In this document: piece after piece, positions 39,781 through 48,919 of the stretch
Layout of the letters: every line of letters starts with the position of its first letter
How positions within the stretch are numbered: the first letter of the stretch is position 1
Source: Parcubacteria group bacterium M6-OD1-3
Lineage (GTDB): Bacteria; Patescibacteriota; Minisyncoccia; Moranbacterales; UBA9337
Length of the DNA stretch: 56,224 nt
Direction: 5' to 3'
Assembly: GCA_003056165.1 (NCBI GenBank)
Contig: LSNR01000024.1
Location: forward strand, 1-56,224
Notes under the pieces: model-generated
What the model was told of the DNA's origin: nothing
Seen by the model: the letters and a program-made list of their open reading frames with translations, nothing else
Database searches by the model: none
Made by a program: the position numbers and the translations under genes

Positions 39781-40644
39781 ATGTATAATAAAAAAATAAT
39801 TTATGGAATTTTGGCAACGCTGATGGCAATTAGTCTGATTTTGGGATTTATTATTTTTTATCTCCAAAAAGCTAATGAACTCAAAGTCATTTTTTTAAAT
39901 ATTGGGCAAGGCGATGCAATTTTAATAGAGAGCGGAAGCAATCAAGTTATAATTGATGGTGGCAGAAATGAGGAGTTGTTATTGGAGCGGTTGGGAGAAT
40001 TTATGCCGTTTTGGGATAGAACGATTGAGGCGATTGTAATCACTCATCCAGATGCGGATCATTTTGGTGGCTTGACGGGAGTTTTAAAAAATTATCGAGT
40101 AGAAAATATTATTAAAACAAATGCTGAAAGTCATTCTCGAGCTTGGAAATCTTTGCAAGATATTATTGCTAAGGAAAAAGCCAATGAAATAAAAGCTATC
40201 TTTGGACTAAAAATAAAATTTCCTAATTTGGCAAAAATTGAAACGCTATTTCCTTTTCAAGAAGTTTTACAATATTCGAAAAATACCAATGAGACAAGCG
40301 TAGTTATGAAATTAATTTATGGAAAAAACAGCTTTCTTTTTACAGGAGATTTACCAAGCAATAAAGAGGATGAACTATTGCGGGCGGGAATAGATGTTAA
40401 AAGTGAAGTTTTAAAAGTTGGACATCATGGTTCTCGATTTTCTACTGACGAAAATTTTTTGGAAGCGGTTAGTCCAAAGGATGCGGTTATTTCTGTTGGT
40501 AAAAATAATTATGGACATCCCACTAAAGAAGTTTTGGATAAATTAAAAAGGCGTTTGACTAGAATTTGGCGAACAGATAGAGATGGAAATATTGTTTATC
40601 AATGTCAAAATGCTGATAAAAAATGCCAAGTATTTGCTCGTTAA
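39781..40644 (+). CDS. Membrane-anchored MBL-fold hydrolase (ComEC C-terminal-domain-like)
   Basis: N-terminal TM anchor. HPDADHFGG (HxHxDH variant) and GHHGS motifs. Confidence 0.85.
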   Translation: MYNKKIIYGILATLMAISLILGFIIFYLQKANELKVIFLNIGQGDAILIESGSNQVIIDGGRNEELLLERLGEFMPFWDRTIEAIVITHPDADHFGGLTGVLKNYRVENIIKTNAESHSRAWKSLQDIIAKEKANEIKAIFGLKIKFPNLAKIETLFPFQEVLQYSKNTNETSVVMKLIYGKNSFLFTGDLPSNKEDELLRAGIDVKSEVLKVGHHGSRFSTDENFLEAVSPKDAVISVGKNNYGHPTKEVLDKLKRRLTRIWRTDRDGNIVYQCQNADKKCQVFAR

Positions 40645-41009
40645 TTTATGTAATTAAAATACTTACGAATGTGCAATTATGAATTTTGAGTATTTTTAAG
40701 ATTAGCAATGGACTGCCTGTGGATAACTTTTTTGGATGAGGTTGACAGAAACCAGAAAAGTGGGATAATTTAACTGAAGATTTTTAAAAACAAAAACACA
40801 AAAGAATATGGGGGTATTTCAACATTTTTGTTTTGAAAAATTTGAGTACTTTGAAATAGACAAAATTCCAATAAGGGTTTTGTTTTTTGGTATAAATGTG
40901 ATGTTCATTTCTTGTGCCCGCATATTTACTAGTTTTGTAAAAGTTGGTAAATATGTGTTGAGGTGCAAGATAAAAAAATTTTCTCGCAAAAGCGGGAGAG
41001 GAGGAAAAA

Positions 41010-41141
41010 ATGAGTTTACGTCAAGCAATCCACATTCTCATGTTGAGTCCCATATATTTTCGCCTGCGACCTGTTGTCCGCTGGCAATTGATTCGGGAGT
41101 ATTGCAAGAATATTAATCTCGCAGAGAAACTCTCTGCATAA
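41010..41141 (+). CDS. Candidate 43-aa small ORF with strong SD (speculative)
   Basis: ggaggaaaaaATG. The product is MSLRQAIHILMLSPIYFRLRPVVRWQLIREYCKNINLAEKLSA. A hairpin plus T-run lies downstream at about 41176-41240. Confidence 0.2.
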   Translation: MSLRQAIHILMLSPIYFRLRPVVRWQLIREYCKNINLAEKLSA

Positions 41142-41245
41142 TTCAATTTTTTTGGAGAACAAATATGGATATTGCAATTTCGCCGCCGGCAAAGAACTGA
41201 AATCATTTCGATTTCAACTTGCCGACGGCTCTTTTTATATATTAA

Positions 41246-41279
41246 GTAACGTACCATGGTACGTTACCTGGTACGTTAC
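41246..41279 (+). repeat. Triple 10-mer motif (copy 2 of 2)
   Basis: gtaacgtaccatggtacgttacctggtacgttac. It differs from copy 1 by one base in the linker. Confidence 0.9.
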
Positions 41280-41432
41280 TAAAAATTAAAAATAATATAG
41301 AAAAGAATTTTTTATGCTAGCATACTCTATGACATACCTTAAATTTAGTGAGATTGTCTATGATATGGTCAGCGTGGATAGCAACTTGATTATTTTTTAA
41401 AAAGCTGGTAAGTTAGGTGATGTAATACATAT

Positions 41433-41707
41433 AGGCTCTGCGGCTAGGGCTCACAGATCACAAGCTAACTGTGTACGTAGTCCACATCGTAATAAGCAAA
41501 TTACTTTGCTTATGTGCAAATCTCAGAGTCGGAGCATGTGCGAGTTTGCCGGAACGTCAGTGTAGGCAAGGCGAGTACGGCGAGGCGGGGTCGCGAGCAC
41601 GAAGCGTCAGCGGAGTGATTTGTGACCAATTTCCTTGGAATCCGAACCGTCGCTTTGGTATGATAATATAAAAGGCCCTGCAGCTAGGGCTCACAGATCA
41701 CAAGCTA
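41433..41707 (+). ncRNA. GC-rich candidate structured RNA (~205 nt) bounded by 35-nt direct repeats; class unknown
   Basis: The repeat aggc[tc]ctgc[ga]gctagggctcacagatcacaagcta occurs at 41433-41467 and 41673-41707. The interior is GC-rich against an AT-rich background and holds a perfect 9-bp hairpin ataagcaaa/tttgcttat. There is also a long-range pairing of ctcacagatcac with gtgatttgtgac. Confidence 0.3.
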
Positions 41708-41762
41708 CTGTTCGCCACTCTCGCGGAAAAACCAAAGAACAATACAATATTAGAGTTTATTA

Positions 41763-41834
41763 GGCCCTATCGTCTAGCGGCTAGGACGTATCCCTCTCAC
41801 GGATGAAACCGGGGTTCGATTCCCCGTAGGGTCA
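41763..41834 (+). tRNA. tRNA-Glu (anticodon CTC), no encoded CCA
   Basis: Manual cloverleaf: acceptor GGCCCTA/TAGGGTC, anticodon stem TATCC/GGATG with loop CTCTCAC, T-arm CGGGG TTCGATT CCCCG. It resembles E. coli tRNA-Glu. Confidence 0.85.
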
Positions 41835-42000
41835 CAAAAATAAGAAGAAAAAGCAACTAGCTTTGAGGCGCGCAAAAACTTTGAGAAATAAAACAAAACA
41901 AATATGCGCCGTCGGGGTCGAGAGTTCTTAATGAACACAAGCCAAAGGCGCGGTGTGAATTTAGAACTGGTGACCGATTCCCCACAGGGTCACAAATCGC

Positions 42001-42028
42001 AAAAACCACCCAGTGAAGGGTGGTTTTT
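42001..42028 (+). terminator. Intrinsic terminator
   Basis: aaaaaccaccc agtga agggtggttttt. Confidence 0.75.
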
Positions 42029-42122
42029 ATGGACTCGCTTTTATATTTACACACCTATATTACAGTTTAGCAGTATGTCAAAACACAAAAAGATGATATA
42101 ATACTTATAAAGAATATCGTAA

Positions 42123-42263
42123 GGTGATATTTATCGTGTAACAAAAATTGATCGAGTATATATCAGTAATCTTGAATCTGGTAAACAAAATTTTACAATC
42201 AGCACAATAGAAAAGATAGTCGGAGTGTTGGATGTGGGAGTTGATGATTTAGTAAAAAAATAA
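42123..42263 (+). pseudogene. 5'-truncated XRE-family HTH remnant (possible decayed controller protein) upstream of mod
   Basis: An open frame without a start encodes ...DRVYISNLESGKQNFTISTIEKIVGVLDVGVDDLVKK. This is the helix3-to-C-terminal half of a Cro/C1-type HTH. An in-frame stop lies at 42120. Confidence 0.45.
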
Positions 42264-42265
42264 TT

Positions 42266-44527
42266 ATGAACAATAAACTTAATCTAACAGACAACGAAAA
42301 ACGAGATGTTATAAAATATTTAGAATCTGGCAAGTCATTGCCAGAGAAATATCGTTTTTTGCTTTTTGATACTGACAAAGAGGTTGAGTTGCTTTGGAAT
42401 GGAAAAACTGACGAAGTGGAAAATACTGTTTTGCCATTTCAAACCATTGAGCATATTGATGAGCCAAGAAGTGAAGATAAAATCAATCGGCAAGAGTCTC
42501 TTTTTGATACTTCTGGCAGACAAATAAAAGGTTGGTCAAATAAACTTATTTGGGGCGATAATAAATTGATCTTATCAAGCCTCAAAAATGGACCTTTGCG
42601 AAAGCAGATTGAAGCCGAGGGCGGACTAAAATTGATTTACATTGATCCACCATTTGATGTTGGTGCTGATTTTTCTATGAATATAGAAATTGGCGAGGAA
42701 AGTTTTACCAAAAAGCCGTCCGTGATTGAAGAAATTGCCTATCGTGATACTTGGGGCAAGGGTGCGGATAGTTTTATCGCCATGATTTATGAACGACTAA
42801 AACTAATGCACGGACTTTTGGCAAATGATGGCAGTATTTATGTGCATTGTGATTGGCGAGTGAATAGTTATATGAGGTTAGTGTTGGATGAAGTCTTTGG
42901 TGTAGATAATTTTAGGAATGAGATAATTTGGAAAAGGAGTAATCCACATGGGCATGTAACAAATAAGTATGCCAACATACATGATACAATTTTATTTTAT
43001 TCAAAATCTAAAAACTACATCTTTAATACACAATATACACCAGCGGATGAAAATTACATAAAAACATTTTTCAAATTAGACGATGGTGATGGTAGAAAAT
43101 ACAGATTGGTAACACTAACAGCTCCTGGTCCAGGTGAAGCGAGATATTTTAATGAAAAAAAAATTACTCCTCCAAAAGGAAATCATTGGCGCTGGTCTCA
43201 AGATAGAATCAATGAAGCAATAAAAAATAATTTAATCGTTATTACAAAAAATAACTCTGTACACTATAAATATTATCTGGAAGATAACAAAGGTACTCCA
43301 GTCCAAAGTCTTTTTATTGATAAGGCGGTTGGAAATATTCAGTCTATTAGCAAGGAAAACTTGGATTATCCCACCCAAAAGCCAGAGAAGTTAATTGAAA
43401 GAATCATCAAAGCCTCATCAAACGAAGACGATCTTATCGCTGACTTTTTCTGTGGTTCGGGAACGACTTTGGCAGTAGCGGAGAAATTGGGGCGAAAATG
43501 GATTGGTTCTGACTTGGGAAAATTTTCAATTCATACTACACGCAAAAGAATGATTGGTGTACAAAGAGAAATGAAAAAGTCCGAAAAAGATTTTCGTGCT
43601 TTTGAGATTTTGAATATTGGGAAATATGAACGAGAGAGTTTTTTGAAAGTAAATGAAAATTTGCGAGAAGAAGAAAAAAGAAAGCAAAGGGAGAGGAAAG
43701 AAAAAGAATTTATTTCACTTATTCTTTCTGCTTACAAAGCCGAGCCAGTAGATTCTTTCAATATGTTTGTTGGTAAAAAAAGAGATAGACTTGTGGCGGT
43801 TGGCTCAATTGATACACCTGTTACCAATGATTTCTTAGAAAGTGTTATTGCTGAATGTAAAGAAAAAGGAGTTACCAAAGCGGATATTCTCGGATTTGAT
43901 TATGAAATGGGGCTTAATTTTGATGAAGCAAAAAAGCAGGGGTTGAATGTGCAGTTTAGAGTTATTCCACGAGAAGTATTTGATAAAAAAGCGGTAGAAA
44001 AAGGACAAGTAAGATTTTATGATGTTGCGTATATTGAAGTCAAGTCAATTATTCGCGGACGAGCAAATGCAAAAGAGATTGCGATTGAGCTGACTGATTT
44101 TTCTGTTTTTTATAATCAAGACAATACTGGCGAAGTAGAAGAAAAACTGCGCGCTGGCGGAAACAAGATTGTGATTGAAAACGGACAAGTGATTAAAATT
44201 TCTAAAGATAAGCAGACAAATGCTATTGAGCGAGAAGTTTTGACAAAGAAATGGACAGACTGGATTGATTATTGGTCAGTTGATTTTGACTATGAAAGTA
44301 AGAAAGAGATTGTGCGAGTAGTTGACAAAAATGGAGAGGAAAAAGAACAATGGACAGGAAACTATATTTTTGAAAATGAATGGCAGTCATTTAGAACCAA
44401 AAAAGATAGGATGCTTGAATTAACTTCTGCTTTTAAAGTTACAGGAAAAGGTAAAATGCAAGTAGCGATTAAAGTGATTGATATTTTTGGTAATGACACG
44501 ACCAAAGTTATTGAAATTAATGTTTAA
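42266..44527 (+). CDS. mod: Type III restriction-modification DNA methyltransferase (Mod, beta-class N6A/N4C) with a ~300 aa C-terminal extension
   Basis: Motif IV IYIDPPFDVG precedes motif I FFCGSGTTLAVAEKLGRKWIGSD. A variable TRD lies between them. Confidence 0.9.
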   Translation: MNNKLNLTDNEKRDVIKYLESGKSLPEKYRFLLFDTDKEVELLWNGKTDEVENTVLPFQTIEHIDEPRSEDKINRQESLFDTSGRQIKGWSNKLIWGDNKLILSSLKNGPLRKQIEAEGGLKLIYIDPPFDVGADFSMNIEIGEESFTKKPSVIEEIAYRDTWGKGADSFIAMIYERLKLMHGLLANDGSIYVHCDWRVNSYMRLVLDEVFGVDNFRNEIIWKRSNPHGHVTNKYANIHDTILFYSKSKNYIFNTQYTPADENYIKTFFKLDDGDGRKYRLVTLTAPGPGEARYFNEKKITPPKGNHWRWSQDRINEAIKNNLIVITKNNSVHYKYYLEDNKGTPVQSLFIDKAVGNIQSISKENLDYPTQKPEKLIERIIKASSNEDDLIADFFCGSGTTLAVAEKLGRKWIGSDLGKFSIHTTRKRMIGVQREMKKSEKDFRAFEILNIGKYERESFLKVNENLREEEKRKQRERKEKEFISLILSAYKAEPVDSFNMFVGKKRDRLVAVGSIDTPVTNDFLESVIAECKEKGVTKADILGFDYEMGLNFDEAKKQGLNVQFRVIPREVFDKKAVEKGQVRFYDVAYIEVKSIIRGRANAKEIAIELTDFSVFYNQDNTGEVEEKLRAGGNKIVIENGQVIKISKDKQTNAIEREVLTKKWTDWIDYWSVDFDYESKKEIVRVVDKNGEEKEQWTGNYIFENEWQSFRTKKDRMLELTSAFKVTGKGKMQVAIKVIDIFGNDTTKVIEINV

Positions 44528-44530
44528 ATT

Positions 44531-45967
44531 ATGAATAATCAAGAATTACAAAAACTATTACAAAATCTTGTTTCATTGAAAAGTGAAACAGAAGTTGTAG
44601 AATTTAAGGAGAATAACTTTAATAAAATTGAGATTGGTAAAAGAATTTCTGCTTTGGCAAATTCTGCAAATTTATTAGAGGAGAAAAAAGCATATATTGT
44701 ATTTGGAATAAATAATAATCATCAATCCGTGGGGACAAAATTTAAGCCAAAAACAGAGAAAGTTGGTGATGAATTATTGGAATTTTGGTTGAATAAAATG
44801 CTAACACCAAAAACGAATTTTTGTATATACGAATTTGAGTTTGAAAACAAAAATATTGTTTTATTTGAAATATTTCCTGCTATTACTCAACCAGTAAAAT
44901 TTCAAAATATTGCGTACATTCGAATAAATTCTACAACCCCAAAATTGCAAGATTATCCTGAGAAAGAGAGAAAGATTTGGCAAAATATTGAAAAAAATAG
45001 TTTTGAAAAAGGTATTGCAAAAGAAAATTTAACTGTATCACAAGTTTTAGATTTACTAGATTATGCCAAATACTTTTCACTTACTAAGCAGGAGTTGCCA
45101 ACAGAAACAATTAAATTTGTAGACAAGATGGCACAACACGGACTAGTAAATAAAAATTTTGATAATGACTTTGATATTACCAATCTCGGGGCAATTTTAT
45201 TCGCTAAAGACTTAAAACAATTTCCTACAGTAAAGAGAAAAGCGGTAAGAGTTATTTTATATAAAGGAAATTCAAAAGCGGAAAGAGTAAAGGAACAGGA
45301 AGGAAATCTTGGCTATGCAATAGCTTTTGAAAGTTTACTTGAATTTGTAAATGATAAACTTCCATCAAATGAAGAAATTACTAAAACATTAAGAAAAGAG
45401 GTTCGGATGTATCCAGAAAAAGCTATTCGTGAATTTGTGGCGAATGCTTTAATTCACCAAGACTTTACTATTTCTGGTGCTGGTCCAACAGTTGAAATTT
45501 TTGATAATCGAGTTGAAATTACAAATACAGGAGAGCCGTTAATCCCTACAGAAAGATTTATTGACCATCCGCCACGTTCGAGAAATGAAGATTTGGCTTC
45601 TTTTATGAGGCAAATTAAAGTATGTGAAGAGGGTGGCACGGGCGTAGACAGAGCTTTAATAAATATCGCTCTATATCAGTTACCTGCTCCAACATTTGAA
45701 CGTTATGATAACTTTACAAAAGTAACATTATTTGCCTACAAAGATCTAAAAGACATGACAATGGATGATAAAGTGAGAGCATGTTATCAGCATTGTGTTT
45801 TGAAATATTTAGAAGGTGGTAGAATGACAAATACCAGTTTGCGTGAACGACTTGGAATTAACAAGGGGAACTATCCTGCTGCTTCTAAAATTATTTCAGA
45901 AAGTATAAAAAGAAATCAGATAAAGGAATCAGAAAAAATTAAGGAATATATTCCGATATGGGCATGA
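44531..45967 (+). CDS. AlbA_2 (Schlafen-like divergent AAA) plus HATPase_c_4 plus C-terminal wHTH protein
   Basis: SETEVVEFKEN is the AlbA_2 signature and REFVANALIHQDF is the HATPase_c_4 signature. C-terminal MTNTSLRERLGI is wHTH-like. A 3-nt gap follows the mod stop. Confidence 0.8.
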   Translation: MNNQELQKLLQNLVSLKSETEVVEFKENNFNKIEIGKRISALANSANLLEEKKAYIVFGINNNHQSVGTKFKPKTEKVGDELLEFWLNKMLTPKTNFCIYEFEFENKNIVLFEIFPAITQPVKFQNIAYIRINSTTPKLQDYPEKERKIWQNIEKNSFEKGIAKENLTVSQVLDLLDYAKYFSLTKQELPTETIKFVDKMAQHGLVNKNFDNDFDITNLGAILFAKDLKQFPTVKRKAVRVILYKGNSKAERVKEQEGNLGYAIAFESLLEFVNDKLPSNEEITKTLRKEVRMYPEKAIREFVANALIHQDFTISGAGPTVEIFDNRVEITNTGEPLIPTERFIDHPPRSRNEDLASFMRQIKVCEEGGTGVDRALINIALYQLPAPTFERYDNFTKVTLFAYKDLKDMTMDDKVRACYQHCVLKYLEGGRMTNTSLRERLGINKGNYPAASKIISESIKRNQIKESEKIKEYIPIWA

Positions 45968-46241
45968 ATCATGTAGTGGGCATGTAGTAAAATGCCATTA
46001 GTTGACAACAAAACCCTTTATTTAAGCCAAAAAATCATGTAGTGGGGATGTAATAATTAGTAGACAAAAGTACTTTTAGAAGAAAAATATGTATATTATC
46101 AATAAAAATAAGGATGTTAATAAATAGAAAGCTTTGTTAAAATAGATTAAAGTTAATAAGAAGACATTAAAACTAGTAAGAAAATCATAAAAAAAGCTTG
46201 TATTTTCAACATTTTAATAAACTACATAATAATAAGACAAC

Positions 46242-48917
46242 ATGGCATTACACAAAAATTTTCCAAAAGATAAATTCCAAATACTTGATCCTGCGATTAG
46301 GTGGTTTCCTGCCGAGGAAGATTTGAGAAAAGAGGGGTATGAGAAACTCCTACCTCCTTTTGTGCCTGAACTCCGCGAGCAAGTAGCAAAATGGCGCAAA
46401 AATAATTATGAGGGTGCAAGTGAAACATCAAAAGCATTGTTGAATTGGTGGTTTAACGAACCGCATACTATTTTTGGAAGTGACGGAACAAGTGTTACTT
46501 TTGAGTATTATTATGCACAAAGAGAGGCAGTGGAAACTATTATCTGGATTTATGATGTTGATAAAGCTACGAGTAAATACGATTTAATCAAATTTGATAA
46601 ATTAGGCAGAGTGAGTCCAAACATGTTTACGGAAGATTGGTTGCGTTTTGTTATAAAAATGGCAACAGGGAGTGGAAAAACAAAAGTAATGAGTTTACTT
46701 TTGGCTTGGTCTTACTTTCACAAACTCTACGAAAAAGATTCTGAACTTTCAAAAAATTTCTTACTTATTACACCAAACATTATTGTTTTGGATAGAATAA
46801 AATCTGATTTTGAAGGATTGAAAATATTTTATGAAGATCCTATTTTACCAGACAATGGATATGAGGGGCAAAATTGGGAAGATGATTTTCAAATTAAATT
46901 GCATTTGCAAGATGATGTTGGCACAATTTCAAAAACTGGAAATATTTTCCTGACAAATATTCATAGAGTTTATGAGGGAGATATAAATGAAGCAAGTTTT
47001 GAAGATGAAGATACTTCTGATTATTTTATGGGGAGCAAGGTTGTTGGTAAAACTAACGATTCAAAAGTTGATTTAGGAGAAATAGTGCGTGATGTTGATG
47101 AGTTAATGATTATCAATGACGAAGCACATCATATCCATGATCCAAAAATGGCATGGTTTAAATCAATTGAAGATATACATAATAAATTACTGCAAAAAGG
47201 TAAAAAGCTGGCTCTACAAATTGATGTTACCGCTACACCAAAAAATAATCGTGGAGAGATTTTTGTGCAAACTATTTCTGATTATCCTTTGGTTGAGGCA
47301 ATACACCAAGGAGTTGTAAAAAATCCAGTTGTACCAGACGAAGCCAGTAGGGGGAAATTACAAGAAAAGCAAAGCTCGCTCTTTGCTGAAAAATACGAAG
47401 ATTTTATCAGGCTTGGCGTTGAAGAATGGGAAAAGACTCACAAAGAACTTGAGCCAACTGGCAAAAAGTCAATTCTTTTCATAATGACAGACGATACTAA
47501 AAACTGTGATGATGTTGCTGAGTTTTTAGAAAATAGTTATCCGCAATTGAAAGGAGCAGTTTTGACTATCCATACAAATAAAAGCGGAGAGATTTCAGAA
47601 ACGGTAAAGGGTAAAAAAGAAAAGGAATTACAAGAGTTGCGTAAAAAAGCCAATGACATCGATAGTCCAGAAAGTCCGTATAAAGTGATTGTCTCTGTGC
47701 TTATGTTGAAAGAGGGTTGGGATGTAAAAAATGTAACAACAATTGTTGGTTTGCGACCTTACAGTTCAGATTCTAAAGTGTTGCCAGAACAAACATTAGG
47801 GCGAGGGCTTCGCCGAATGTTTTTTGGGCAAGATGTTGAAGAATATGTGAGTGTTATCGGTACGCCTGCTTTTATGGAGTTTGTAGAATCTATTAAAGCG
47901 GAAGGTGTTGAGTTAGAAAAAAGAAAAATGGATCGTTCTGGCTCTCCTATTACCCCAACGGTTATTGAAGTTGATAACCAAAATGTTAAAAAAGACATTG
48001 AAAATCTGGACATTGAATTGCCAATTTTAACCCCAAGAATACAAAGAGAATACAAAAATCTTGATTTACTGAATGTTGCTGAATTTAAGAATGATAAAAT
48101 TGAAATAAAACAATTTTCAGAAGAAGAGAAGAAGGAAATTGTTTTTAGAAATGTTGTTGATGAAAAAGAACATCACACAACAATTTTAAATAGTTCTATT
48201 GAGCCAAATTACCAAAGTGTTATTGGGTTCTTCGTGCAGAGGATAATGAAAGAATTACGCCTTTTTGGTTGTTACGATATACTTTTTGGAAAAGTTAAAA
48301 AATTTATAACAGACGATTTATTTAAAGAGAATATTGATCTTAACGATTCAAATATTTTGAGAAATTTGTCAGAATTAGAAGCAGTAAAAACTATCGCAGA
48401 AACATTCAAAAAAGAAATAAACGATTTGACTGTGCAAGATGTTGGCGATACTGAAATCAAAAATTATATTAAAGTAAGTAGTGCTAGACCTTTTGTTGTT
48501 ACTGATAAAAAATATTTGTTGCCAAAAAAGAGTGTATTTAACAAAATTGTTGGTGATAGTGATTTCGAATTGGAATTTGCTGATTTCTTGGAAACTGCTG
48601 ACGATGTGCTTTCTTTTGCAAAAAACTATTTTGAGATTCATTTCAAAATTGATTATAAAAATGCGAGCGGAGCAATTTCAAGTTATTATCCTGATTTTTT
48701 CGTTAAGACAGATAACAAAACAATTTATATTATAGAAACAAAAGGGCGAGAAGATTTGGATGATATAGAAAAAATAAAGAGATTGAAGCAATGGTGCAAA
48801 GATGCGACTGAAAGACAAAAAAAGATTGAGTACAAAATGCTTTATGTAAAACAAGAAAAATGGGATAAATACACACCAAAAATCTTTGCGGAATTAGTGG
48901 CTAATTTTAGTGAATAA
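46242..48917 (+). CDS. res: Type III restriction enzyme Res subunit (SF2 DEAH helicase plus PD-(D/E)xK nuclease)
   Basis: Walker A MATGSGKTK, DEAH (INDEAHH), QTLGRGLRR (motif VI), and C-terminal YYPDF...IIETKG nuclease motif. Confidence 0.9.
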   Translation: MALHKNFPKDKFQILDPAIRWFPAEEDLRKEGYEKLLPPFVPELREQVAKWRKNNYEGASETSKALLNWWFNEPHTIFGSDGTSVTFEYYYAQREAVETIIWIYDVDKATSKYDLIKFDKLGRVSPNMFTEDWLRFVIKMATGSGKTKVMSLLLAWSYFHKLYEKDSELSKNFLLITPNIIVLDRIKSDFEGLKIFYEDPILPDNGYEGQNWEDDFQIKLHLQDDVGTISKTGNIFLTNIHRVYEGDINEASFEDEDTSDYFMGSKVVGKTNDSKVDLGEIVRDVDELMIINDEAHHIHDPKMAWFKSIEDIHNKLLQKGKKLALQIDVTATPKNNRGEIFVQTISDYPLVEAIHQGVVKNPVVPDEASRGKLQEKQSSLFAEKYEDFIRLGVEEWEKTHKELEPTGKKSILFIMTDDTKNCDDVAEFLENSYPQLKGAVLTIHTNKSGEISETVKGKKEKELQELRKKANDIDSPESPYKVIVSVLMLKEGWDVKNVTTIVGLRPYSSDSKVLPEQTLGRGLRRMFFGQDVEEYVSVIGTPAFMEFVESIKAEGVELEKRKMDRSGSPITPTVIEVDNQNVKKDIENLDIELPILTPRIQREYKNLDLLNVAEFKNDKIEIKQFSEEEKKEIVFRNVVDEKEHHTTILNSSIEPNYQSVIGFFVQRIMKELRLFGCYDILFGKVKKFITDDLFKENIDLNDSNILRNLSELEAVKTIAETFKKEINDLTVQDVGDTEIKNYIKVSSARPFVVTDKKYLLPKKSVFNKIVGDSDFELEFADFLETADDVLSFAKNYFEIHFKIDYKNASGAISSYYPDFFVKTDNKTIYIIETKGREDLDDIEKIKRLKQWCKDATERQKKIEYKMLYVKQEKWDKYTPKIFAELVANFSE

Positions 48918-48919
48918 TT

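Noticed and set aside
40808-41257. Overlapping ORFs 40808-41116 (+), 40819-41028 (-) and 41021-41257 (-)
   Set aside because: They overlap one another and have unusual composition (Cys/Phe/Arg-rich). I recognised no motifs or ribosome-binding sites. The region is probably non-coding or decayed. Only the short SD-preceded ORF at 41010-41141 is kept, at low confidence.
41433-41530. Folding the 35-nt repeats or the downstream sequence as a tRNA, or as tmRNA, RNase P, SRP or 6S RNA
   Set aside because: An acceptor-like pairing GGCTCTG/CAGAGTC exists, but no D-, anticodon- or T-arms fit. The ggaatccgaacc on the opposite strand lacks a T-stem. I found no conserved blocks of tmRNA, RNase P or SRP. 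The class is left unknown.
41471-41671. 66-aa ORF in the GC-rich segment
   Set aside because: The composition is Arg/Gly/Cys-rich, with no SD. It coincides with strong RNA-like hairpins and is bounded by direct repeats, so it is more likely non-coding.
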